Shown: positions 30,568-39,739 of the stretch, piece after piece | Layout of the letters: every line of letters starts with the position of its first letter | How positions within the stretch are numbered: position 1 is the stretch's first letter | Translations under genes and position numbers: made by a program | Notes under the pieces: model-generated | Databases searched by the model: none | What the model saw: the letters and a program-made list of their open reading frames with translations, nothing else | What the model was told of the DNA's origin: nothing | NCBI GenBank assembly: GCA_040879685.1 | Contig: JBBDJW010000012.1 | Location: forward strand, 14,233 to 78,232 | From: Minisyncoccota bacterium | Lineage (GTDB): Bacteria; Patescibacteriota; Minisyncoccia; Phycocordibacterales; UBA2135 | Length of the DNA: 64,000 bases | Reading direction: 5' to 3'

Positions 30568-31731
30568 TTATCGTGCCACACTTTGTTTAAGACGTTTTGT
30601 GATTTCATCAAATGTTATCTCATGGGTGCTTATAAGAAGTACCCCGCGATCAATAAAAGCATAGAGAAGAACAACCTCTCCCTCTGCGTCAAGGAGAATA
30701 CGAACGTCTTGGTTTTTTATTACCGAATCCTTGAAAAACGCACTGGAGAAGATTCGTTGTTTTTCTTGAGAAATTGAAAAAAGGGAGGAAAGGTCTTCAA
30801 TCAGTGTTTCTTCCCATTCAAGCATTCCGGAAAATGTATTTCCATAGTCGTTGACTTTAAAAAGAAGGAAGGGGTTATTTTGTACAAAGGAATGTATGCC
30901 AAAGACAAAGAAGGGATCTACTGCCCGTATAAAAAGAGACGGCGGTTGCATGCGCAAAAGAGAAGCGAGTTCGGCAAAGGTAAGGCGTGTTTCCTTTAAA
31001 GTGCCTTCAATATTTCCTTCCTCATATGCTCGTTCTCGCACTACCAGGTAGATGTGCTCCACGGTGTTGATAGGAAAACTCGCCATCTTTATTTCTTGAG
31101 AAGTTTTTTGAGTAATCTCCCCCCCCGTCTTTTTTTCAAGAGATATTTTTTTTGCCTCCTCAATAAAAATAATATCTTTTGATGCAGTTGGAATTTCACC
31201 GCTTCTTTTTGGTGTATCGGAGGTGAAAAAAAGAGAAACGAGGAAGAAGCCACCAAGCGCTGTAAGTATCACTGCGACAGCAACAAGACCTAGAGTTTTT
31301 TTATTCGTTGAAAACGATATTTGAGGAGCTATTTTTAAAGATACCCCATCTCGTTTCCTTTGCTCGGCAATAACCATGCTTGAAAGAGAGTTTTTTCCTC
31401 TCTTTACACTTTGTGCAACATCTCCTGCGTAGGTTCGTAGTGAGGGTAAAAAAGATTTTTCTTTTTTGATGGCATCGGAGGGAGATGGAGTTTTCAGTAT
31501 CTCTTCTGCAGGGCTTGATAATTGTGGCGCGTTAAGGTTTCTTTTATTGTCGGACTCTTCACGACCTGAGTCTGGTGTTATTATCTCCGGCTTAATTTCT
31601 GACACAGCGCCCTCCTCTCCTTCTTTTTTTTGCGGAGTGATTTCAAGTGGGGCGGGAGTGGTATGTTTTCCTAGAGTAGTCTTTTTTTCTTGGGAAACAC
31701 CTTCTTCCTTGTGTTCTTTTTCGTTCTCCAT
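30568..31731 (-). CDS. Single-pass membrane hypothetical protein
   Basis: Disordered N-terminus, LRTY.GD motif, TM helix, globular C-domain. Confidence 0.7.
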   Translation of the reverse strand: MENEKEHKEEGVSQEKKTTLGKHTTPAPLEITPQKKEGEEGAVSEIKPEIITPDSGREESDNKRNLNAPQLSSPAEEILKTPSPSDAIKKEKSFLPSLRTYAGDVAQSVKRGKNSLSSMVIAEQRKRDGVSLKIAPQISFSTNKKTLGLVAVAVILTALGGFFLVSLFFTSDTPKRSGEIPTASKDIIFIEEAKKISLEKKTGGEITQKTSQEIKMASFPINTVEHIYLVVRERAYEEGNIEGTLKETRLTFAELASLLRMQPPSLFIRAVDPFFVFGIHSFVQNNPFLLFKVNDYGNTFSGMLEWEETLIEDLSSLFSISQEKQRIFSSAFFKDSVIKNQDVRILLDAEGEVVLLYAFIDRGVLLISTHEITFDEITKRLKQSVAR

Positions 31732-31736
31732 AGAGG

Positions 31737-33854
31737 TTAGGAAGTTTTTGGTTGCTTGTCTTTAAAAAAAAGTGGGTCTGCTTGTTTGAGTGAGAGCGCG
31801 ATACGTCCTTTTTCATCAATTTCTTTTACTACAACAGGAACTCGGTCTCCTTCTTTGAGAAGCTCGTCTACTTTTTCTACCCGAAACGGAGCCATTTCTG
31901 AAACATGCACCAATCCTTCTGTGTAAGGAGAGATGCGAACAAATGCGCCAAAGTCTACAATCTTTACTACCTCTCCGGTAAACCGCTCCCCTTTCTGATA
32001 GACGTGTGTGAGCTGTTCAATAATTTCCTTTGCTTTCTCCACACCCTCTCCCTTCCCTATAATATACACAAGACCATCATCTTCAATATCAATTTCAGTT
32101 CCTGTTTTTTCAATAATACCATTAATCATTTTTCCACCACCGCCAATGACAAGACCAATTTGACCTGGCTCTATTTTCAGTACAGTTATGTGTGGCGCTT
32201 TTTCTGAAACACTCTCTCGTGGTTTTGTAATTTCTTTTTCAATTACATCCAATACCTTCTCTCGCGCCTCTTTCGCCCTTACAAATGATTCCTCAAGAAT
32301 TGTGATGGGGATTGCATCAATCTTCACATCCATCTGGACAGCGGTAATACCTTCTCGTGTACCGGCAACTTTAAAATCCATATCACCATGATGGTCCTCC
32401 GGTCCTTGGATGTCGGTTAAAATTTTATAATTATTTTCATCTTTATACATTAAGCCCATTGCCATTCCTGCAACAGGAGCTTTTATCGGCACACCTCCGT
32501 CCATAAGCGCAAGCGTTGAGCCACACACTGATGCCATAGAAGTTGAGCCATTTGATGCAAGCGCTTCGGAAACGACGCGGATAGTATAAGGAAAAGATTC
32601 TTTAGAAGGAAGAACAGGTACCAACGCTTTCTCGGCAAGTGCGCCATGGCCGATCATTCGGCGGTTTACTCCGCCGATACGTCCTGTTTCACCAACAGAA
32701 AAAGGAGGAAAATTATAATGATGCATATAGCGTTTCTCTCGTTGCTCCTCCATTCCTTCCACAAGTTGTCCACTCTTTGGTCCGGCAAGGGTAAGCATAG
32801 AGAGTACATGAGTACCTCCGCGATAAAACATTCCACTCCCATGAATAACATTTGATATGCCGCCGACGCGTGCGTACAAAGGGCGAATCTCATCCATTCC
32901 CCTTCCATCTGCACGACGTTCATGCGAGATTGCTTCTTCGTGGAGAAGCTTGTTCACCTCTTCTTCATAATGCTCTCGTGCACGGGAGCGATTTGTTTCA
33001 GGAAGGATCTCTTCTACAAGGAGAAGCCATTCTTTTTCAAGTTCGCTGATTGCCTTTTTGCCCTTCTTGTTATTAAATACCGCATTAGTTAGTTGTGGCG
33101 CGACCTCTTTTTTAAAAAGTTCTTTTGCTTCCCCAGAAAGTGTTTCAGAGGAGAGCAACATCTTTTCATTTCCTATTCTCTCTATAATCTTTTTTTGAAA
33201 TACTTGCAGTTTTTCTATTTCTACAGAAGCTTCTTTAAGTGTCTCTCCCATTTTCTCTTCATTCACTTCATGCGCTTCAGCATCAATCATATTAATCTTT
33301 CCATCCTTTCCACAAACAATTGCTTCAAGAAGAAGCCCGGAGACACGTTCCTTGTATGAAGGGTTTACAATAAAACCTCCTTCATTTTTTACTCCTATAC
33401 GAACACCTGAGAGTGGTCCTCCCCAAGGAATATTTGAAACACCAAGCGCAAGTGACGCACCAATGAGAGAAATGACATCAGGGTCGTCTTCACCAAAAGA
33501 GAGAACGGTAATTACTACTTGCACCTCTTTCCGTATGTGTGATGGAAAAAGAGGGCGAATGGTACGGTCAATAACACGACCGGTTAGCGTGGCTTCTTCA
33601 GAAGGTCGTCCTTCGCGCCTCATATAGCGACTTCCTAAAATTTCTCCCGCGGCATAGAAGCGCTCTTCATAATCAACAGTAAGTGGGAAAAAATCTATAC
33701 TCGTGCGTTCTTCGTCTGAGATGGTTGCCGTTGCCAGAATAGAGGTGTCCCCATATGAAATAATAACAGAGCCATTTGCTTGCTCAGCGAGGTCGGAAAA
33801 ATGCGCTCGGAGTTTCTTTCCCCCCACCTCTATTTCAAATGTTGTTTCTTTCAT
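31737..33854 (-). CDS. pnp: Polyribonucleotide nucleotidyltransferase
   Basis: FFPLTVDY.ER, HHYNFPPFSVGE, SNGSTSMAS, GDMDFKVAG; KH and S1 domains. Confidence 0.98.
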   Translation of the reverse strand: MKETTFEIEVGGKKLRAHFSDLAEQANGSVIISYGDTSILATATISDEERTSIDFFPLTVDYEERFYAAGEILGSRYMRREGRPSEEATLTGRVIDRTIRPLFPSHIRKEVQVVITVLSFGEDDPDVISLIGASLALGVSNIPWGGPLSGVRIGVKNEGGFIVNPSYKERVSGLLLEAIVCGKDGKINMIDAEAHEVNEEKMGETLKEASVEIEKLQVFQKKIIERIGNEKMLLSSETLSGEAKELFKKEVAPQLTNAVFNNKKGKKAISELEKEWLLLVEEILPETNRSRAREHYEEEVNKLLHEEAISHERRADGRGMDEIRPLYARVGGISNVIHGSGMFYRGGTHVLSMLTLAGPKSGQLVEGMEEQREKRYMHHYNFPPFSVGETGRIGGVNRRMIGHGALAEKALVPVLPSKESFPYTIRVVSEALASNGSTSMASVCGSTLALMDGGVPIKAPVAGMAMGLMYKDENNYKILTDIQGPEDHHGDMDFKVAGTREGITAVQMDVKIDAIPITILEESFVRAKEAREKVLDVIEKEITKPRESVSEKAPHITVLKIEPGQIGLVIGGGGKMINGIIEKTGTEIDIEDDGLVYIIGKGEGVEKAKEIIEQLTHVYQKGERFTGEVVKIVDFGAFVRISPYTEGLVHVSEMAPFRVEKVDELLKEGDRVPVVVKEIDEKGRIALSLKQADPLFFKDKQPKTS

Positions 33855-33884
33855 AGATAATTTTTAGTGTAGCAGAACTCCAAC

Positions 33885-33960
33885 AAAAAAACGAACCCAG
33901 CCCCAGTTTTATGAAAAAGAAATTTCAATCTCTTAAAACTGGGGCTGGGTTCGTTTTTTT
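33885..33960. terminator. Long hairpin between the NYN gene and pnp
   Basis: AAAAAAACGAACCCAGCCCCAGTTTTA ... TAAAACTGGGGCTGGGTTCGTTTTTTT. Confidence 0.75.
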
Positions 33961-34503
33961 TTATTTTTTCTTCGTTGCTCGTTTTCGTGTCGCTCGTCCT
34001 TTGATGAGAAACTTTTTCTGATGTTCGCCGATGTCTATAAAGTCATCGGCAACTTCTTTCAAAGACGAAGAGGTGCTTTTTGAAAACGCAATGACCTCAA
34101 CTTGACACCCTTCATTCATTTTTAAATATTGAACGAGAGGGATAAAGTCGCCATCACCAGAAATAATAATTATCGTATCAAGCTTTGGCGCTATAGTGAT
34201 TGCGTCAATTGCAAGGCCAACATCCCAGTCTGCTTTTTTTGCACCGCCATAAAAAATTTGAAGCGGTTTTGTTTTTGTTTCAATCCCTGCTTTTAAAAGT
34301 GCATCAAAAAAACTTTGCTCCTCACCGGACTCTGTTGTAATGACATAGGCGAGTGCGCGAATAAGTTGTCGTCCGGCGACTGCTTCGTTTAAAAGTGCAT
34401 CAAAATTAACGCGGGCATTATGAAGATTGCGTGCGCTGTGATAGAGATTTTGTGAATCAATAAACACACCCACACGCTGAGTTTTGTGTTTTATAATAGA
34501 CAT
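33961..34503 (-). CDS. NYN/LabA-DUF88 (PIN-fold) domain protein
   Basis: FIDSQNLY, KADWDV.LAID, SGDGDF.PLV, ADDFID. Confidence 0.9.
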   Translation of the reverse strand: MSIIKHKTQRVGVFIDSQNLYHSARNLHNARVNFDALLNEAVAGRQLIRALAYVITTESGEEQSFFDALLKAGIETKTKPLQIFYGGAKKADWDVGLAIDAITIAPKLDTIIIISGDGDFIPLVQYLKMNEGCQVEVIAFSKSTSSSLKEVADDFIDIGEHQKKFLIKGRATRKRATKKK

Positions 34504-34695
34504 AAAAATTCAGTCAGTAGTTGGTAGTAAACCATAGATGGTACTCGTTGTTATACTAACCGAGCATATTTTTATGCATCTGCTTACTACTGACCACTCA
34601 CTATTTACTAATAAAACGATGGCGAGAAAAAGGAGAGTTGTTTGTTGTGTGTATGAAAAATTTGCAAAACTGCTCCACAGATGCGGAGCAGTTTA

Positions 34696-34962
34696 TTATC
34701 TTTTAAGCCCTGCCTTTTTTACAACGGCGTTGTAACGGCTTGTGTTTTTCTTTTTCAAATAATTAAGATGTGATTGTCTGTCGGCAACCACCTGGAGCAA
34801 CCCCCTTCGGGAGTGCTTGTCTTTACGATTTTTCTTAAGGTGGTCGGCTAGGTCGGTGATTTTTTGGGTCAAGAGGGCAATTTGCACCTCGGGAGATCCG
34901 GTGTCACCCTCTTTTCTGGCGAACTCCTTAACAATTTTTACTTTCTCTACTTTTTTAGCCAT
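34696..34962 (-). CDS. rpsO: 30S ribosomal protein S15
   Basis: DTGSPEVQIALLT, HL....KD.HSRRGLL. Confidence 0.97.
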   Translation of the reverse strand: MAKKVEKVKIVKEFARKEGDTGSPEVQIALLTQKITDLADHLKKNRKDKHSRRGLLQVVADRQSHLNYLKKKNTSRYNAVVKKAGLKR

Positions 34963-35028
34963 CGTACGTGCTACTATATCAAAAACATCACCATAAGTCA
35001 AGTTTTTGTCAAAAAAGCCCAAATCCCC

Positions 35029-35184
35029 CGTGTTATACTTCGGAAGTATAACACGACGCGATTGAGCGCCGTCTGTAACTTTCGGAAAGTTACAGACATA
35101 ATTTAGACTAAACCCTTGAAAAACAACGCTATTTGGAGGTTGGATTACCCCACCGCCTGTGCACTTCCGAAGTGCACAGGCGGT
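35029..35184. repeat. Three palindromes with a CTTCGGAAG-type centre upstream of the recombinase
   Basis: Located at 35029-35055, 35071-35097 and 35152-35184. The first is repeated exactly at 43168-43193. Confidence 0.85.
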
Positions 35185-35238
35185 TGGGTGTCCAGTTTCT
35201 AGTACCCTAACAACCTAAAACCTGATAAGCTAAAGGTA

Positions 35239-36156
35239 ATGTCGCACAATATTTATGACCTCAAACGCCAGTTTTTGGAGCATCTAGAGATTGAAAAGGG
35301 GAGAAGTTTACATACGGTTTCAAACTACGACCGCTACCTCTCAAAATTCATAGAATTTAGCACGATAAAAAAGCCTTCAGATATTACTGATGATGTAGTG
35401 CGAGAGTTCAGGCTCTGGCTTAACCGGCGAAAGGGTGTGGGTGGAGGAGCTCTTTCTAAAAAGACACAAAATTACCACCTCATCGCGCTTCGCGGCTTTC
35501 TTAAATATCTTCACAGGCGCGAAATCAAGACGCTCTCTCCCGATCGTATTGATCTTGCAAAAACAGGAGACCGCGACCTAGACCTTATTTCAATAGAAGA
35601 ATTAACGCGACTTTTGCAGGCTCCACAAGGAGAAGGTCTCAAAGAGCGGCGCGACAAAGCGCTTTTAGAGCTTTTGTTTTCAACGGGAATGCGCATCTCG
35701 GAGCTCTGTTCGCTCTCACGCTCTATAGATCTTTCTCGCGATGAGCTCTCAATCCGTGGAAAGGGAGAAAAGGTGCGGCTCGTCTTTATCTCAAAGGAAG
35801 CGCGCGAGGCACTAAAACGTTACCTAGAGAAAAGAATAGACCTAGATGAGGCACTTTTTATACCTATTGGGAGAGAGACATCTGGAAAAGAGGCAGAATT
35901 GCGCCTCACTCCCCGTTCGGCGCAGAGAATTGTAAAGCACTATGCACTAGAGGCCGGGATTGACAAGAAGGTGACCCCGCATGTGATACGGCACAGCTTC
36001 GCGACAGACCTCCTGCAAAATGGCGCTGACATCCGCTCCGTGCAGGTCCTTTTAGGGCATGCCAATATCACGACAACGCAGGTCTATACTCACGTGACCG
36101 ATACCCATCTCAAAGATATCCACAAAAATTTCCACAATAAGCGTAAAAAAGAGTAG
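35239..36156 (+). CDS. XerC/XerD-type tyrosine recombinase
   Basis: TGMRISEL, GKG.K.R, HVIRHSFAT, LLGH, TTQVYTHV. Confidence 0.93.
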   Translation: MSHNIYDLKRQFLEHLEIEKGRSLHTVSNYDRYLSKFIEFSTIKKPSDITDDVVREFRLWLNRRKGVGGGALSKKTQNYHLIALRGFLKYLHRREIKTLSPDRIDLAKTGDRDLDLISIEELTRLLQAPQGEGLKERRDKALLELLFSTGMRISELCSLSRSIDLSRDELSIRGKGEKVRLVFISKEAREALKRYLEKRIDLDEALFIPIGRETSGKEAELRLTPRSAQRIVKHYALEAGIDKKVTPHVIRHSFATDLLQNGADIRSVQVLLGHANITTTQVYTHVTDTHLKDIHKNFHNKRKKE

Positions 36157-36163
36157 CTTGACT

Positions 36164-36230
36164 CCCACGCTGAAATGTATGAAGTTTTAGGAAACGCGCC
36201 TTCGGCGCATCATATATTTCAGCGTTGGGG
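36164..36230. repeat. About 70-bp palindromic (REP/MITE-like) element, copy 1
   Basis: Terminal IR CCCACGCTGAAAT/ATTTCAGCGTTGGG. Its reverse complement closely matches 49927-49995. Confidence 0.85.
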
Positions 36231-36259
36231 TTGACAACATTTTCTATATCTTGTAGAAT
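36231..36259 (+). promoter_or_regulatory. Sigma70 promoter of the NUDIX gene
   Basis: TTGACA-17 nt-TAGAAT. Confidence 0.75.
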
Positions 36260-36293
36260 GCGGGGAGATTGAATCTAGACACGGAGGTGTCTG

Positions 36294-36992
36294 ATGAATA
36301 CACTCTGTTCTTACAAAAGGGAGGATGCAGTTCCTCCTCCTGGGGCAATGGAAAATGATTACCCCTCGCGTGCCTCCTCAATTATTTGTTTTCACTTTAT
36401 AGAAGGGAGGCTTTGTGTCAAAGCTGTTCTTCAGAGAAGGAGAGAGAAGGAAAATAAATGGGGCCTTCCCGGAGGTAAACGCCAGATGATTAGGGTTAGG
36501 GAAAGATGGGAGAGCCCAATTGAAAACGCAATACGGGAGACCAAAGAAGAGACAGGATATGTCTTTCCTCCTGAAGCACTCTACGAGCTTCCTGTTTATG
36601 AGAAAGTTGACGAGTACGGGATGCCGTACAACCACCACCTTTTTGTGGGGATGTTTGCGAGCGTTTCTGCCCACGACAAAAAGCTCGTCTTTATGGAGGA
36701 AATCGCAAAGCAGGACTGGTTTGATGTTCTCTCGGTCATTACACAAGAAGACCGAAGGATGCTCTCATATCACGCCAGGCATGTCGCGGTAGCGCTTCGT
36801 GCTGTCTTTGAGGCTAAGATGGATAGTCTCCCTCGTGACATGGTGAGGGAGTTTGCTAGTGAAATTAAGCATTCTCTCTCATCAAAAGAAGAGCGTGAGA
36901 AAAAGACCGAGTACATTAAATCTCTCGGCGAGGTGTGGGAGAAGGATGAGTACATCACTTCTCTTGAACGCATCGCACCCTCTGATTTTTGA
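36294..36992 (+). CDS. NUDIX hydrolase
   Basis: WGLPGG...ESPIENAIRETKEETG Nudix box; GGAGG upstream. Confidence 0.85.
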   Translation: MNTLCSYKREDAVPPPGAMENDYPSRASSIICFHFIEGRLCVKAVLQRRREKENKWGLPGGKRQMIRVRERWESPIENAIRETKEETGYVFPPEALYELPVYEKVDEYGMPYNHHLFVGMFASVSAHDKKLVFMEEIAKQDWFDVLSVITQEDRRMLSYHARHVAVALRAVFEAKMDSLPRDMVREFASEIKHSLSSKEEREKKTEYIKSLGEVWEKDEYITSLERIAPSDF

Positions 36993-37058
36993 AAGGGGGT
37001 GGGAAAGTGTTATTATGGCCTAGAAATTGCGCACGCAATTTCTGGGCCTTTCTTTTTG

Positions 37059-38528
37059 CTATTTAACCCAGTGTTTTTTGCGAATCTCCTCAATTTCTCG
37101 CTCTTCCTCCTCCTCTTTTTTTCTCCTCCCCTTCTCGCCGAGCCCTTGAAGATCTGCATCAGAGAGCTTTGTCAATTCAAGCGCCCGTTTTTCTAGATAT
37201 TCCTTGTTGTTTTGTATTGGGTCATCAAGCACCTCCTCCAAGAGGGCGTGGAGAATAAAGCCAATTCGTGGTCCCGGTTTCTCACTAGACATTTCCATCA
37301 ATCTATCCCCCGAAAGGGCGAGCATGCCGACAGAAACCGGTGCCCGCGCCGCCTCTTCTATCATAGATTCATACTTACGCAAGCGATAAGGCTTCTCTTT
37401 GGGTCGTCCCATACCGATTCGGTCACAGGCGCGCACTTTCATAAGATCCCAAACATTGTCAGGACCAACATTGCGCACAAGCCGCCGCACCGCAGAGAGT
37501 GTTATTTGGTCAATATCACTAAAAAAGAGATGCCAACGAACAAGTTTTGAACAGGTCTCAATAATAGAGCGAGAATATTTAAGGCGCGAGAGGATTTTTT
37601 TAGTTGTCCTCCCTCCCACCACGTCATGCCCGTAGAATGTCCAGTCGTTTTTTTCCTTATACCACCTTCGTGTTTCCGGCTTTGAGACGTCATGAAAAAG
37701 AGCCGCGAGCCTTATGTGGAGAGGCCATTTCCGCTCCCCAGCATGAGCAAGTGCCCGAAGATTGTGCTCCCAAACATGATAGATATGGTCTCCATTCTGC
37801 TCAACTCCAATGCCCGCTTCAAGCTCCGGAGCGATATACTTCAAGAACCCATATTCATGCAAGAGCAAAATCCCCTCCTTTGGATACTCTGAAAGAATAA
37901 TTCGTGAAAACTCATCACGAACACGCTCAATGGCAATTTCCTGAAGGTTTCTCGCGTGTTTTTTTATCGCCTCGCGTGTTTTTTCTTCTATAGTAAAAGC
38001 TGTTTCTGTTGCTATACGAATCGCCCTCATAATGCGCAGAGCATCTTCATAGAAACGCTCATCAGGGTCTCCCACAGCGCGGATTATTTTGTCCTTTATA
38101 TCGTCTTGTCCTTTATAAGGGTCTTTAATTTTGTCCTTTATAGGGTCATAGGCAATTGCATTTATGGTAAAATCCCTTCTCTTAAGGTCATCTTCAAGAT
38201 TTTTGGCGAAGGTTACTTTATTGGGACGGCGCTTATCATCATAGACGCCTTCAATGCGATAGGGAGTTACTTCAACAACTTCAAGTGTTTTATCTTCAAC
38301 TCCCTCGTTGACAACACCAACGGTGCCATACTCGTTTTCATAAAAAGTCTTTGGAAAAAGGGCGATGATCTGCTCAGGGGTTGCTCTGGTGGTGATATCC
38401 CAATCCTTTGGTTTTTTACCCATAATAAGGTCTCGTACACAGCCCCCCACCAAAAAGGCCTCAAAACCAGCGTTTTGGAGGATGAGTGTTATTCGTGAAA
38501 CCTCTACAGGAATACTCTGTTGGTTCAT
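37059..38528 (-). CDS. cca: CCA tRNA nucleotidyltransferase with HD domain
   Basis: VGGCVRD, DWDITT, RRDFTINA, EDALRIMRA, ALFHDVSK. Confidence 0.92.
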   Translation of the reverse strand: MNQQSIPVEVSRITLILQNAGFEAFLVGGCVRDLIMGKKPKDWDITTRATPEQIIALFPKTFYENEYGTVGVVNEGVEDKTLEVVEVTPYRIEGVYDDKRRPNKVTFAKNLEDDLKRRDFTINAIAYDPIKDKIKDPYKGQDDIKDKIIRAVGDPDERFYEDALRIMRAIRIATETAFTIEEKTREAIKKHARNLQEIAIERVRDEFSRIILSEYPKEGILLLHEYGFLKYIAPELEAGIGVEQNGDHIYHVWEHNLRALAHAGERKWPLHIRLAALFHDVSKPETRRWYKEKNDWTFYGHDVVGGRTTKKILSRLKYSRSIIETCSKLVRWHLFFSDIDQITLSAVRRLVRNVGPDNVWDLMKVRACDRIGMGRPKEKPYRLRKYESMIEEAARAPVSVGMLALSGDRLMEMSSEKPGPRIGFILHALLEEVLDDPIQNNKEYLEKRALELTKLSDADLQGLGEKGRRKKEEEEEREIEEIRKKHWVK

Positions 38529-38536
38529 TGTTGTTG

Positions 38537-38607
38537 TGCGGATACGGAGAATCGAACTCCGATCTTATCCTTGGCAAGGATACGTTCTACCACTAAACTA
38601 TATCCGC
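38537..38607 (-). tRNA. tRNA-Gly (GCC), CCA not encoded
   Basis: Cloverleaf GCGGATA...TATCC-TTGCCAA-GGATA...GTTCGATTC...TATCCGCA. Confidence 0.95.
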
Positions 38608-38711
38608 GGTTAGTTGCTAAGTACCTAAGTATATCCTAGGTGAAGTATTTCCCGCAAGGTTTTTTGTTAAACTCTATATTTTAATGTATAATTCAGCGAC
38701 TGGATTATAGT

Positions 38712-38783
38712 GCTCTCGTGGTGAAATGGATATCACAGCGGTCTTCGGAACCGCCGTTGGGGGTTCGAGTCCCTTCGAGAGCA
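38712..38783 (+). tRNA. tRNA-Arg (TCG), CCA not encoded
   Basis: GCTCTCG...GCGGT-CTTCGGA-ACCGC...GTTCGAGTC...CGAGAGCA. Confidence 0.93.
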
Positions 38784-38784
38784 T

Positions 38785-38970
38785 AAAAATAAGGAGAAAA
38801 ATGCGAGGTATTTGGTGACTATATTTTTAGCGAATCGGAGAGACTCGAACCGAGCGCCGGCGAAGCTGTCTGAAAGACACGGCGCGAGTGGAGGCTAAGG
38901 GAATGAGATTATTTTGAGTTTGAAAAACGAAAAATAATCCATGAGAGTAGCCGAGTCCCTTCGAGAGCAT
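38785..38970 (+). repeat. tRNA-Arg-associated structured element ending in a 19-bp duplicate of the tRNA 3' end
   Basis: CGAGTCCCTTCGAGAGCAT at 38766-38784 and 38952-38970; antisense T-arm at 38837-38850. Confidence 0.85.
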
Positions 38971-39101
38971 CTAGGGAAGGAGTGATTAGGTCGGTACATT
39001 TTTAGGGTGTGTCAGCACATCCTTTTTATTAAAGACAAAAATAAAAATGTCTCTAAATACCTTGTTATTGTACTCAAAATAAGGTGATTTTTATTGAAAA
39101 C

Positions 39102-39130
39102 TGTGGATAAAGGTGTGGATATGTGTATAA
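39102..39130. promoter_or_regulatory. Cluster of three DnaA boxes distant from oriC
   Basis: TGTGGATAA, TGTGGATAT and TGTGTATAA in tandem. Confidence 0.65.
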
Positions 39131-39237
39131 AAGACACTTTATTTTGTCTCTTATACTGATGTCTTTTTGTTGAAAAACCCTTGTTTTTCAACGATTTTTA
39201 GCATTTTTGATTTATCAAGGTGCAACCTTCAGTAATA

Positions 39238-39652
39238 TGTTTCATGTGAAACATATTGAAATGGTTTCATGAGTAACATTCATAGCATTATAGCTAATGG
39301 TTTAATTGATTTTAATGCTAGAATGAGAACAATGGCGAAGCACAATGAAGTTGGAAGAGTTGGTGAGAATATTGCAAAACGATTTTTAGAAAACAAGGGC
39401 TTTAACATAGTAGAGCTTAATTATCGTAAAAAATGGGGAGAGATTGATATTGTTGCTAAAAAAAACGATATCCTACATTTTATTGAAGTAAAGACTATTT
39501 CAGATCCAGTAGCCAGATCCTTTATAACAGGATCTCGTGATGTTACTCATGAAACATTTAAACCGGAGGATGCCGTGACAGTGTGGAAAATTAAGAAGCT
39601 TCATAGGGCTATTAGTTCTTATTTATCTGAAAAGAATGTTTCTCATGAAACG
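39238..39652. other. parS cluster (four sites)
   Basis: TGTTTCATGTGAAACA (39238), GGTTTCATGAGTAACA (39263), TGTTACTCATGAAACA (39541) and TGTTTCTCATGAAACG (39637), against consensus TGTTTCACGTGAAACA. Confidence 0.8.
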
Positions 39653-39739
39653 CCCTGGCAACTGGATATTGTTGCAATAAAACTCAATGAAAAAATAAAA
39701 GAGGCAAGAGTAAAATATATAGAAAATATGGGTCTCTAA
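39332..39739 (+). CDS. yraN: YraN family (UPF0102) putative endonuclease
   Basis: G..GE..A..FL...G, NYR..WGEIDIVA, FIEVKT. Confidence 0.9.
   Translation: MAKHNEVGRVGENIAKRFLENKGFNIVELNYRKKWGEIDIVAKKNDILHFIEVKTISDPVARSFITGSRDVTHETFKPEDAVTVWKIKKLHRAISSYLSEKNVSHETPWQLDIVAIKLNEKIKEARVKYIENMGL

Noticed and set aside
35029-35238. dif site or integron attI next to the recombinase
   Set aside because: There is no match to the dif XerD arm (TTATGTTAAAT), the protein shows no IntI-specific insertion, and the region is origin-proximal.
37956-38498. Long antisense or alternate-frame ORFs (also 53231-53836, 3623-4204, 42644-43189)
   Set aside because: They overlap well-supported genes and show no recognisable motifs.
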